Shown one piece after another: positions 12,816 to 24,550 of a stretch of DNA of 64,000 nt (positions are counted from its first letter, which is position 1; every line of letters starts with the position of its first letter). The DNA is from Psammoneis japonica (lineage: Eukaryota). The stretch lies in NCBI GenBank assembly GCA_008632985.1, contig QPGO01000013.1:682001-746000 (forward strand). Reading direction: 5' to 3'. The notes under the pieces were generated by a model. The model was not told where the DNA came from and ran no database searches. It worked only from the letters and a program-made list of their open reading frames with translations. The translations under genes and the position numbers were made by a program.

Positions 12816-13127
12816 TGTTTTGACCTGAAGGTGACAAGGCAACCGTTGTCAACCGTTGTTTGACAAGTGCAAGGGTCCTGTTCACCTGAAATGAGTTTGA
12901 TTGGCTGGTTGATCTGCCAGACACAATGAAAGTGTCATCATCTTCAACTCACACTGTGTCCCACATGTGGCTGGCTCGGCACTGGAAAGTGAGACCATTG
13001 ATGAGGTCTTTGACATGTTGACAACATTGGTGCAACAATGAGAAGTCCACTCAAGGACCTTCTCACAATCTTGACAGTTTGCTGTTTTGTCAGTGAATTG
13101 TGCAGTTCTGTCGAGACACTTTTAGCA
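12816..13127 (+). repeat. 5' LTR
   Basis: tgttttgacctgaaggtgacaaggc...gacacttttagca; direct repeat of 19382-19698. Confidence 0.92.
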
Positions 13128-13142
13128 CTTTGTCAGAGCCGC
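13128..13142 (+). promoter_or_regulatory. Primer binding site (tRNA-Met-like, mutated)
   Basis: ctttgtcagagccgc directly follows the 5' LTR and resembles ..TATCAGAGCC with a TA->TG change. Confidence 0.6.
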
Positions 13143-13161
13143 ACCCCAACCAACTGAAACC

Positions 13162-14735
13162 ATGGCATTCACAGTGGCGCAAACCACTTCCTTCTTTGAG
13201 GATGATGACCAAATGGGTTTGCCCAATGCACTCAAGTTCAGTTGGCTGTTGAGGGTCTCGAGCACATCAACGACATAACGGACTTTGATGAGGACGGTCT
13301 CCAACAGTTGTTTGAGAACCTCAGGCATCCAGGAAGTGCAGCACAAGACCCAAACCCTGGCGCAGCTGCTGGTGCTGTCATCCAAACACCAGCATTTGTC
13401 ATTGGTGCCAAGAGTGTGATGCATCTCAAGGTCACTCACCAAGTGGCACTCTGCTGCACAACGGTTTGGCCGGGACCTGTCAGCTGCCAACATGCCTGGA
13501 ATTCTGTCCTTGAGAATTTCAGGAAGCTTGGAAGGCTCTCCAGGACAGGAAGCAGGAGGACAATCCTGATGTCCTAAAGATCTCCAAACCCCTGCCAATT
13601 GTGAAGTGGACCAAAGCCTTTCGTGGTCACCTCCAGCATGTGATCAGCAGTTGGGCTGCTCCACTTTTGCACGTGACACAGAAGGCGGTCGTGGTTCCGG
13701 CAGCTGTGCCCACACTTGCTGTGAGCCAACCGCTTCCCGATGATCATGGTTCCCTCAAGGATGAGCCAGTGGCATGTGCCAACCACACTCATCCATTGTT
13801 TTGAGAGGATGACTCCTTGGTGTGCCACTCACTTGAGGAGGCCACCTGCGGGACCTCACACACAGCCTTGATCAAGCCATTCCAGTGCAAGAAGGATGGG
13901 AGAGGGGCATGGACAGCACTGATGACACAGTGTGCCAGCAAAGACAAGTGGGCAGCTGAGCTCAAGAAACAAGAGGACTTCATCCACACGTGCAAGTGGA
14001 AAGCCCAATCGAGTTTCTCTCTTGACCGGTTTGTGTCCCAACACCGCAATGCCTTTGTCTTGATGCAACAGGAGTGCACGGAACATGTCACCTGCCAACT
14101 CCCGAACAAGTGCTTGAGGGTCACGTGCCTTTTGGATGCCATCAAGACTTCCAATGCACTGTTGCAAGCTGCAATGGCCTTGGCTCACAATGACAATGGA
14201 CAAAATGGACTTCAAGGTGGCAGCCACTCACTTGTTGCCCTGCAACCCTGTGGCAAAGAAGCGTGCTGCAAAGAGGCCTCATGCAGAAGAAGTGTCTGCA
14301 ATTGACTCCAGTGCCATCAAGTCAGGCATTGGAAACACTGGCGTAGAACTTCAGCTTCACACTCCATCCGAGCATTGCAAATTGAAGTCCAAACAGAAGG
14401 CTCAACTGAAAGAGTGGTGAGAGAGCCAGGGTTCTTCATCGCAGAAGAAGAAGAAGGATCCAAAATTGTCAGCAGCAGCATGTGGTCAACAGAAGAAAAT
14501 CAAAAAGATGATTTCAGAAGCCATGGCAACTGAGCCAGCTTCTTGTGATGAGAACGAGCAACCTGATTCTGAGGTCAACAATGCCAAGGCAGGCACTTGC
14601 CTGCTTTCCCTTGTTCAGGCGGCATTGTCAACGGCCCCAGTTGCCACTCAGGTGCTGCCTCCTCCACCACCCCCTGCTCAGGCACAGTCAGTTCAGTTCA
14701 AGCCACCCTCTGTCTCGTTGCAGCCCATGCTGTGA
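13162..14735 (+). pseudogene. Copia gag, disrupted
   Basis: ATG after the PBS; fragments EGLEHINDITDFDEDGL..LRHPG, KKDGRGAW.AL, KWKAQSSFSLDRFVSQHRNAF; multiple frameshifts and TGA stops. Confidence 0.75.
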
Positions 14736-14889
14736 CGTGCTGGTGCTCAGAAATGAAATGCAGGGACAGTGCTTTGTTCCCATGTCTCCTTGCTTGAGGG
14801 GAGAACATGCACCTTTTGTGCCATGGAATCGCAGTCACCAATTTCCAATCACTCTGCACTGCAATTCATTGCTCGTCATGTGATCTCCA

Positions 14890-17800
14890 ATGCCCAAACA
14901 AATTGAGACAACTGAAGAGACCCAAGATGAGAGCAAATCACACACCGAGCTGGACTCCCATGCCAATGTGGTTGTTGTTGGCAAGGGATTGCATGTCCCA
15001 AATGATGCCAGTTGCACAGCTCAAGTCAGCCCCTTCAATCCCGAGTGTGAATTGATGAAGGATGTCAGGATTGTGGAGGCGCTTCTTGCACACGATTGTC
15101 CACATTCCTTGAAGACATGCCTGCTGGTCCCACACAACACCTTGCACATTCCAGCGATGGACCACAACTTGCATCCACCCTTTGTTCTGTGGGAGGCAGG
15201 GGTGATCATCAATGATGCACCCAAGATTCAAGTGAGAGGGCAAAAGCCTGCAGAGTGTGACCACTCCCTGGTGTTCTCAGAGACAAAGATGAGGACTCCC
15301 TTGTCTCTCTGGGGCACATTCTCTTGCTTTCCGTCAAGATGTCCAACACTGCAGGAGAGGCAAGAAACAGAAGATGTTCTGATTCTCACTCCATTGGGAC
15401 ATTCTTGGAACCCTCCTTGCTCAGATTCCTTTGCTCGCAATGAGGAAAGCATGTTGGACTGGGGAGGAAATGTGGCTGACAAAAGGAGGGATCAGATTTG
15501 GATTCTGGCAGATGACTTGCCAGATGAGGATAAAGAACTGCGCCTCTCTTCTGTTGCATCAAGCATCAAATTGCATGTTGTTGATCACAACTTGTCTGTG
15601 ATTGACCATTTCAAAGCTCGTGATGACCTGAGCAGATGTTGGGGGGCCATTGGTGAAGCCGACAGCTCCCGCGCAGTGATGTGTGACATTTCTGCCACTC
15701 TTGACCCTGCCCCACTTGCTGAAAGCTTGCAGGACCAATGTGATGTTTTGGAGTCTTTGCCTCCTTGGCAGGCTCTGCGACAGTTGGAACTGAAAGTGAC
15801 TCAGGCTGAGATGACAATGTCAATTTTGACATTTTCAAGGATTCCCAACTTGAAGACATTGTTGAAGACCTCATGGAGTGCTTCAAATCTGACCCAAGGT
15901 GGATGTTGGAGGGACCATGGCATCCAAGCCCAAAAGTGCATCTGCCAAACACTTGTCCAAGATTTGGAGAATCAGCGCCAAGGATGCCAAGTGGACCACA
16001 AACAACACCACACAGGACCTGCAATGTTCTGAGGATCCTGCTCTCTTGCAGAACTTTCTGCAAATGACAGGATGTTTTGACATTGCCAAATCACCCAACA
16101 CTTCTTTGTGAACACCTTCTTTGCAAGTGAGAAGGCTGGAAAGTCTGCACGGGGTTGCTCGTGCATGCAATTGTTTGTCACGGACAAGGGCTTCATGTGC
16201 ATTGTGCCAATGCATGCTTGTTCAGAGTTTCCCCAGGCTCTCAAGATGTTTGCCAAAGAAATGGGTGCGCTGGAGGCAATCACATGTGACAGCGATTCTG
16301 CACAGAAATCAGACAACATTTGCCAATTCCTTCATTCCATTGGCACCAGTTTGAGGTTGCTGGAAGAAGGAGCACCATGGTTGAATTGTGCTGAGCTCCA
16401 CATCAGATTGCTGAAGGAAGCAGTTGGGAAGGATGAATCACTCTGCCCCTTGCCCTTCTGGGACTGCTGCTTTGAGCAACAAGCTTGCATCAACAACCTG
16501 ACGGCTTGCAACCTGTTCCAACTTGAGGTGAGAAACCCACCTTTCTCTGTGACAGGGGAGGAAGGCAACATTTCCAACCTTGCTCAATTTGGATGGTGTG
16601 AATGGTGTTGCTTTCATGAACACACCAATCCCTTTCCCTTTGACTGCAAAGTTCTTGGTCATGTCCTGGGCCCAGCGAAAGGGGGGGGGGAATGAGATGG
16701 CCCAATGGGTTCTCAAGGGCAACGGCAACATTGTCCCATGGCATTCTGTGTGATGCCTTGTGGTTGCTGAGTGGAACAGTGACACTGAGAAATGGAAGCG
16801 TGGCACATTTGACCAATGTGTTGAGTCATGCTGAGGATCTGTGGTGCATCCTGTGCCTTCCACAGGCAAACAATTTGTTCAACATGGTGATGAAGACAAG
16901 AAACTGCATGATCTCCCTGAGTTTGACAATCCGGTTGATGCTGAAGGGAATGGTCTTGACCCAGCTCCTTTGTGTGACAGGATGATCCATGCCAAGGTTG
17001 GGGAAAACAAGCTCCGACAAGCCAAAGTCATTGGCTGAGCTGTGGATCCTGAGGGGCATGCTGTGGGCACGTGCAATGACAACCCAATTGTGAACACCTT
17101 GATGTGCAAAGTCGAGTTTCCTGACAGGGAGACAAAGGAGTGTGCCGCCAACATGATCATGGAGAACATGCTCTCTCAAGTCAACTCAAAAGGATGCACT
17201 CTGAATGTGTTTGACAGCACACTTGATTTTGTCAAGGTTGACACCACACCAACCAAGGACAACATGCATGCCAAGGTTGGGAAGCAGTCTTGACTGTGCA
17301 AGACGACATGTGGATGGAAGTTTCTTGCACTGTGGAAGGACGGGACCAAGTCATGGGGGTTTCCCTCAAGGACATGAAGGAATCCCACCCCATTGAAATG
17401 GCTGGTTTGCCAAAGCAAGGGGTGCAGATGATGAGCCAACCTTCCGATGGTGGACACCACACACACTGTGCAAGCAAGATGCAATTGTGTCAGTGGTTGA
17501 GGCACGTGTGCGACGTGTTGCACACAAGTGTGGAGTCAAGCTCCCTGCCTCTGTTGGAGATGCACTTGAACTTGACCATCAAAATGGAAACAAGCTGTGG
17601 GAACAAGCCATTGCCAAGGAGATGCATGACGCCAGTGGTTGGTCCAAGCAGTCAGGCCACTTGATCTTTGATGTCAAGGTGACCATGGCCAGGAAGGCTC
17701 AATGGGTCCTCGACGGACACAAGACTTCCAACCCCAAAGGCTTGATGCATGCCGGCATCACATCTGGGGAGAGCACACGAATTGCTCTTGCACACACCGC

Positions 17801-19200
17801 TCTGAATGACATTGATGTCGTGGCGGCTGACATCCACAACATGCACCTGCAAGCCCCTTTGTCACAGAAGCACTGTGTCATGTGCGGCCCTGAATTTGAC
17901 CTTGACAATGTTGGCAAACATGCCCCAATTCATTGTGCTCTGCATGGTGGCAAGTCTGTGGGGTGCAACTTTCGGAATTGTCATCTTTGCGCATGCATGT
18001 CACATCTTGGGTTCAAGCCATGCAAAGCTGACCCTGATGTGTGGATGCATGAGGCTCTCAAGTCTGATGGGTCTGAGCATTGGGAACATGTGCTCCTGCA
18101 CACGGACGACGTCTCATGCATTTTGAACAATGCAGAGAGCATCCTGTGGAAGGAAACTGGCAAATGCTTTCTGCTGAAGGAGGCGTCAATCGGCCCTCCC
18201 AGTTTGCATCTCTGGGAGGCCACTTGCAAAAGGTGCCACTTGCAAATGGAGCAAAGGCATGGGCCTTCAGCTCTTCTCAGTGCACTCAAGGTGGCAGTCA
18301 AGAACATTGAGACCCACCTGGGAGAGAGAGGCATGAAGCTGCCCACCAAGGCCCCAACTCCTCTTGGCAGCTCGTGTTGTCCCGAGGTTGACAGCAGCCC
18401 AGAACTGTCACCATTGGAGGCTGCACACTGCCAGTTGCTCCCTGGCATTCTGCATTGGATGGTTGAGCTTGGGCATGTCAACATTTGTTTAGAAGTGTCC
18501 ATGATGTCTTTGCATTTGGCCCCACCTTGCAAAGGACACCTCGACCAAGTGTGCCATGTCTTTGCACACCTCAAGAAGCACCATGACACGGAGATGGCAT
18601 TTGATCCCAGCGACCCTGTCATTGATGAAGCTTTGTTTGCTCAACAGGACCAGACCACCTCCAAGTTTGGCTTTGCAACTTCTGAGGAAATGCCTGCTGA
18701 CATGCCCCAGGCAGGAGGAATGGGCATGTTGTTGTGTGCTTTTGTTGATGCAGATCATGCAGGTGACTTGATCACTTGCCAATCTTGCACTGGTTTCCTT
18801 GTGTGCCTGGCTGAACTCTGCACCTGTTCGCTGGATGTCTGAGAAACAGACAAGCACTGAGACAAGTTCATTTGGGTCTGAGTTTGCCAGCATGAAGCAA
18901 TGCACAGAGTGCATTCATGGGCTTCATTGCAAGCTCTGGATGATGGAGATCCGGCAGTTGGACCGGCACATGTGTGTGGTGACAACCAGTCTGTTCTGGC
19001 AAACACCTCTGTCCCTGACTCAATGTTGAAAAAGAAATGTCACAGTTTGGTGTGCCACTTTGTTTGTGAGGGTGTGTCCCGGGACAAGTGGTGACGGCGC
19101 ACGTCAACACACACTTGAATCCAGCAGATCTTCTCACCAAAGCACTCCCACCAGGAGAGAAGCACAATCAGTTTGTCAGAATGATCTTGCACTGCCTTGG
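14890..19200 (+). pseudogene. Copia pol (protease, integrase, RT, RNase H), disrupted
   Basis: PR TELDSHAN; IN QLFVTDKGF..ALKMFAKEMG; RT HLIFDVK..RKAQWVLDGH, DIHNMHLQAP, KADPDVW, HTDD; RH FVDADHAGD, ETSSFGSEF, GDNQSVL, NPADLLTK. Confidence 0.9.
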
Positions 19201-19366
19201 AGGGAAGGTGGAGGGTTTTGTTTGGACTTCCCGCCAACGAAGTGTTTTTTTTTTGTTTGGAGATCCCCACTTGATGGATGTTTGTGTGAAGAAATTCACC
19301 ATCGCATGTTGTTGTGCATCCCAATGTCACCAATCTAGCTTGATGACCCGACCAAGTCCAGAGATT

Positions 19367-19381
19367 GAGGATTGAGGGGAG
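19367..19381 (+). promoter_or_regulatory. Polypurine tract
   Basis: gaggattgaggggag immediately precedes the 3' LTR. Confidence 0.8.
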
Positions 19382-19698
19382 TGTTTTGACCTGAAGGTGA
19401 CAAGGCGAACCATTGCCAACCGTTGTTTCACAAGTGCAAGGGCCTTTGTTCACCTGAAACAAGTTTGATTGGCTGGTTGATCTGCCAGACACAATGAAAG
19501 TGTCATCTTCAACTCACACCATGTCCTGCATAAAAATGTGGTTGGTTTGGTTCTCGAAAAGTGGTGAGACCATTTGATGAGGTCTTTGACGTTTTGAGGA
19601 CACAAGTGTGACATCGAGAAGTCCACTCAAGGACCTTCTCACAATCTTGACAGTTTGCTGTTTCATCAGTGATTTGTTCTGTCAAGACACTTTTGGCA
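19382..19698 (+). repeat. 3' LTR
   Basis: tgttttgacctgaaggtgacaaggc...gacacttttggca followed by the TSD ttttt. Confidence 0.92.
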
Positions 19699-20539
19699 TT
19701 TTTGTGTGCACTCACCTTTCGATTTTTGAAATGATCAAATTTGAAGGAGTTTTTGTGCTAAACTGCACTGAAAATTGGCTTTTTGCATGATGGATTGCGC
19801 ATCACCTGGAGCTGGAACAGGCCTTGGGTGACAAGGGGGAGACCACTTGGCAAGCTGTGCCAAGGTCTGTGAGCTGGAGCTGATGGCAGTTTGGCAGATA
19901 AAAACCAATGAGCACAATGTGTTGCCCTCTGCAGATGGTCTCCATCTGCATGCACACACACACTTTCTCTTTGCTGTTGAGAAGAAATGGGGCATCTTCT
20001 GCTGCTGCAACCTGGTGGCTCGTTGTGTGTTCCAACCACCCCAGGACGTGTTCCAGTCCCAGGTGACGCACAAAACGACAATCGGATTTTGAATATAATT
20101 TATGTATATTTGAGTGTATATAGCATTTTAATAAAAATACTTAGACGGATTGACTTTTATAGGCTTCTAGAGTATGTACATTTAAATAGTTTTTTGAGGG
20201 GTATTCAAATCTTCATGGGATATGTATCATAAACTTCCTCAGTAGACTCAATACTGATTGTACGTCAGTAGATTTATACTGAGATTTTTTTGTAGGTAGA
20301 AAACCTACCAAGTAGCATCGTAGAAAGATATATTTAGTTAACATCATAATAACGGCAATATTTTCGCCGAAAATCATCCGTTGTGTTACGAATCTTTTAA
20401 TGCAATGAAAAACATAGATAGCACAATAACAATGATATTGCAACACTCACACGAGTCTTGTTAGTGTTGCAAAACAATTTATATTTGTATAAATCTATAC
20501 TTTTGGTGGTGAAAGTTCGATCGTAAGTTGTTAGGGACC

Positions 20540-23500
20540 GCGCAAAAATCGCGCAAATGTCGTTTTTGTGCACGATTTGGTTCACGTGCGGCTGGAACAC
20601 GTCCCAGGAGGCATTACAGACCTCCCAAGCCGGGAGTGCCCAGGAGGCAGAACTCCTCACTGGATTTGAGTGGGATTTTGGATGCAGCATGATTTGTCAT
20701 CTGCTGCACTTGGTTTGTTTCACACAGGTGTGTGTGTGTTCTTGGCTCAGTGTGCTGTTCTTGCACAATGCAGCTTTGCCAAAAGCCACATGGCTTCTCA
20801 AACAAACAAGAATGAGAAGGAACAGCAGTGTGCACTGATTTCACAATGCACATCTTTTGGATCCTGTGGTGGCCTCTGCATGGAGACTCATTTGCTGCTC
20901 AGATGGCAGCAAGCAGCCATTGTTCTTTCACACTGGACTCCTCTTCATTTTCTGTCAGACTGGTGGCCTTGGTCCATTGAGTGTTCAAGAGCATGTCAGT
21001 TTTTTTTTGTCAATGTGTGCTGGCATTTGCACAGTGGAAGCACACTCCTCAGGATGCTCTCATTGCCTGACACACCAATTGACCCAGACTCTCTCATTCC
21101 CAGATGCGCTAAAATTTGGCAACTGTGCTTTGTCTGACCTGTGCAAGGTTCCTCATTGCTGCGTGCATTGATGAAATCATCTGAATCCAATCTCCATTTT
21201 TGCCACTCCTGCTCAGGGTCACCAGATGTGCCAGCCTCTTCAACTAGGCTTTTGTGCTCTGTGCACACTTTTTGCACACACACACCAATTCTGGCCCTGC
21301 TGCATGCATGCCAAGTCCACTGCTCCACATCTGTGCCAGACTGCTGGTCCTCTGCAGCTCTGCAAGGCAATGTCTGCAAGGACATCTGTGAAAGGAAGCA
21401 GCCATGGTTGCAGCCCACCTCGAGTTTCAAGGTGTGCTTCCTGCATTTGTTCATTTGCTCTCAAGCATCTGCTTGGGTCACTCAACCAGTGCACAACAAC
21501 AAAGGTTTGGGGTTGTTGTCCACCTGCAAGTTTGCTTGCACAGGGTCTCCAAATGCTGCTCTCTGCTGCTGGCAACAAAACACCCAAAGAGCCACCACCA
21601 GCTGCAGGCCCAGCTGGACATCATGCCAGAACAACTCTGTGGGCCAGACAGGATGCTCAGCACTCAGCTGCAAGCAGGGCAGCAAAGCCCGGTGGCTTCT
21701 GGTTTGCAACATGGCTTAATTTTCAAGTTGCATCAGCCAAGTTCAGCTTCCAGCTGCCTCTGGCCCAAGTTTTGGCCATCCTTCTGCTTGCCACCATGGT
21801 TCTCACCAAACAGCAGCAAACTGAGCTTTGAGCACATTGAGGCACTGTGCCAGCTCAGAACACAGACAGCCCCCTTCACTCTGCCTTGCTGCCTTGTTGA
21901 TGGCTCTGACTTGCATCATGAGGAGTTGTCCATGTTCATGCCTGACCAGATTGATGCTCTCATTTGCAACAATGGTGCCACAACCAATGGTCATTGCGGC
22001 GCAGCTGCCAACACCTTCCAGTGGCTTTGACTGGCTTTTCAGCAATGTGAAGGGCGTGGTGGTGTGGCGCTGATGTTGGCAGCAACCCTCTTTGTCCACT
22101 CCTCAGAGCATGTGTCACTCCTTTCTTGAAGTGCAGCTCCTCCATCTGCTCCTGCACCTGACTCAATGCCACCTGCCCCATGCATGCACCAGGCGCTGAA
22201 AAAGAAGATGTGTTGCGACTTTGTCGTTGTGAAAATTACAAGCTGGTTTAGAGCAGAGAAAATGGGATTGTGCGAATGGGGAATCTTGCCAAATCCCTGT
22301 TCGTTCGCATTTGGATCGCATCAAATCGATCGTGTGTTCACATTGTGGATCGTGCGAATCAAGCCATCACGCGCCATGCACGAGTGATGTCATCGTGTGG
22401 AATCACGCTGCCATCGTGGGCCAGACGATGGGCCAGTGTGCTTCACACGGATGCTCTCTTAGCATCCTTCTGGAATTGCCTGAGACCTGGAGCCACGCCC
22501 TCCTGTGGTCGTGCTTCCCAGGTGCGCATCAACAACACTGCGTTGCCACGTGCAAGAGGCTTGTGCATGGTCTCGCCGTGTTGTCGAGAAAGAGTTGATT
22601 TTTGGTGGCCAACGACAAAGCACAATGAAAAAGCAATTGTGCATGACAACAAATGACAAACATTTGATCTGTGACCCCTGCAGAGAGTGGAGCACAACAC
22701 CTTGCAGACAAGTCTCCATGCAGAGACCATCGCAGGTGCCCCTGTGAATGATGGGGACATGTGTTCCAGGATCAGGAACAGTTTTTGGTCTGGCCAGGTG
22801 GAAGTGCTTGGTCTCATGCCTGTGATGGCATGCCCAGATGCACAGACACCCAGATGGCTGAGACACTCAGTTGGTGTGGCTCGAACCCAAGCCCACTTTG
22901 GCATTCTCACCAGAATGTGCCATTGTTGCCAACAGATTTCTGTTCCCTGACTGAGGAATGAAGTGATCTGTTGGCACCTGCTGTTGCTGTTCTCCATTGC
23001 ACTTTGTAACTTTTGTTTGAACATCAGTGCAAGTTGAGCTTGCATCTCTGACATGTCACATCAGCCTGTCTGGGTGCGCACGCATGTGTCAGAACAGCAC
23101 GACACCTGCCTTCCGGCAGGTGTGGACGAGTGCAAACTTTCATTCATGAAAACAACAAACACTGCATTTTCGTCAATTACAAAAGCAACATTGTTTTCAT
23201 TTGTCAGCAATGGAATTTTGCCAAAAACAATGTGAAAAACAACAAACATTGGAAGTGTGAGCTGGGACATTTCGATTGGATCCATGACGCCTGCAGCAGA
23301 GGTCTGGGGCAGAGAGTTCTGCTCACCACATCCACCTGACATCATCAACACTCAAGTGCAGAGTGGAGCAAGAGTGAGTCACTCTTGTTCAAATTCTGTC
23401 ACACCACCAACAACATCTGCCCCACACTCTTTTGTTCTCTCTGGCCCCAACACGCGGGGGCTGCTTGGCCACAAGTTGGTTGATGACAAGGAGCAGTGCG

Positions 23501-24240
23501 GTGCCAGGTTCAACTTCAGAATGACTCTGCCACCAACCTCTTTGACAAAGGAATGTGGGAACTGTTGCCACCATCATGCCACAATGAACAATGCCATGCT
23601 GAGGGTCACCTTCTCCTGATCATGTCAACTGCAAGTGCCCCCGCCCTTGGCTTGGCTTCACTCCAACGGGCACCATTTGCCATCCATGCCTTTGATTGCA
23701 TCATGCAGTGTGGTTGATTTGCTGTGCTTGGCTTCTCTTTGATTGTCAAGGGGGTGGGGTGGAGGGCAAGAAAAAGTTGACTGACACTCATGTTTTGCAG
23801 GCATCCATGCTTGGTGCTCTTTGCTGCACCTCTGCGTTCATTGGGCGCTGCTGAGTGAACAAGCTGGCTTGCAGACTGCAGCCAAACATTGGTTCAGTCA
23901 TGGGCCAGCTCTCTTTCAGCAGCTGGAGATTCTCAGATCTTTGTTGTTGAACATCATTCACACACATCTCTTTGCAACACTTTGAGTTGAGAATTGACGG
24001 GAGAGATTCTTTTGGACACTTCTGCGCTTTTTGGGCTCAGACAGGAACGGGCTTTCAGGACAAACACTTGTTGTGGTTCCCATCAGAATCCTGAACATTT
24101 GTCATCAGTTGTTGGGGTTCTGACAGATCATCTCGTTTTGCACTTGTTCTGATCCGCTTCTCCGAAACACTTGTCCGAGATCTTCTTGATTTTCGATGTG
24201 ATTCTGACATGGCACAGTGCACATGATGTACTGTGCCATA
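20540..24240. mobile_element. TpA-depleted degenerate repeat block, family unassigned
   Basis: TA nearly absent; Cys/His-rich, Tyr-free overlapping ORFs; hairpin at 24209-24239 near the right end. Confidence 0.55.
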
Positions 24241-24550
24241 CAGTGCTCGTCTCGTGAAAAGCTTCAGGACTTAAGGCTAGAATTTCAACTTCCTTTATTT
24301 CCAAATCCTCGTTTCTCTGATGAAGAATTATTTATTTCGATTTTTTTTTTGGAATTTTGACTCGGGCTGGCGCGACTGGTCGGTCGTCCGGTCGTGTGTT
24401 TTTCTTTTTTCTTCGCGTCCTCGCTCCTCGCCAAGGGCATCGTCGCGAAGCCAAGAGTTGAGTGTGGTTTACTACTGCTCAAGCCTTTGTTAAACCTTGA
24501 AGGAACTGGGTAATTGAAAACGGCGCTTTATATTTGCTTTAGAGGAAAAT

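Larger units (their letters stand above)
12816..19698 (+). mobile_element. Full-length degenerate Ty1/Copia LTR retrotransposon (diatom CoDi-like)
   Basis: Two ~312-317 bp LTRs (TG...CA); 5-bp TSD TTTTT at 12811-12815 and 19699-19703; PBS, PPT; gag-PR-IN-RT-RH domain order. Confidence 0.93.

Noticed and set aside
14890..19200. Alternative genetic code or recoding as the explanation for missing Tyr
   Set aside because: TA is missing in all frames and in the non-coding LTRs, and neighbouring genes use Tyr, TAA and TAG normally.
11550..24240. Dense overlapping Cys/His-rich ORFs in all six frames (also 43-50 kb and 57-60 kb)
   Set aside because: A by-product of TpA loss: TAA/TAG stops and Tyr codons vanish, so ORFs lengthen. 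They are not genes.
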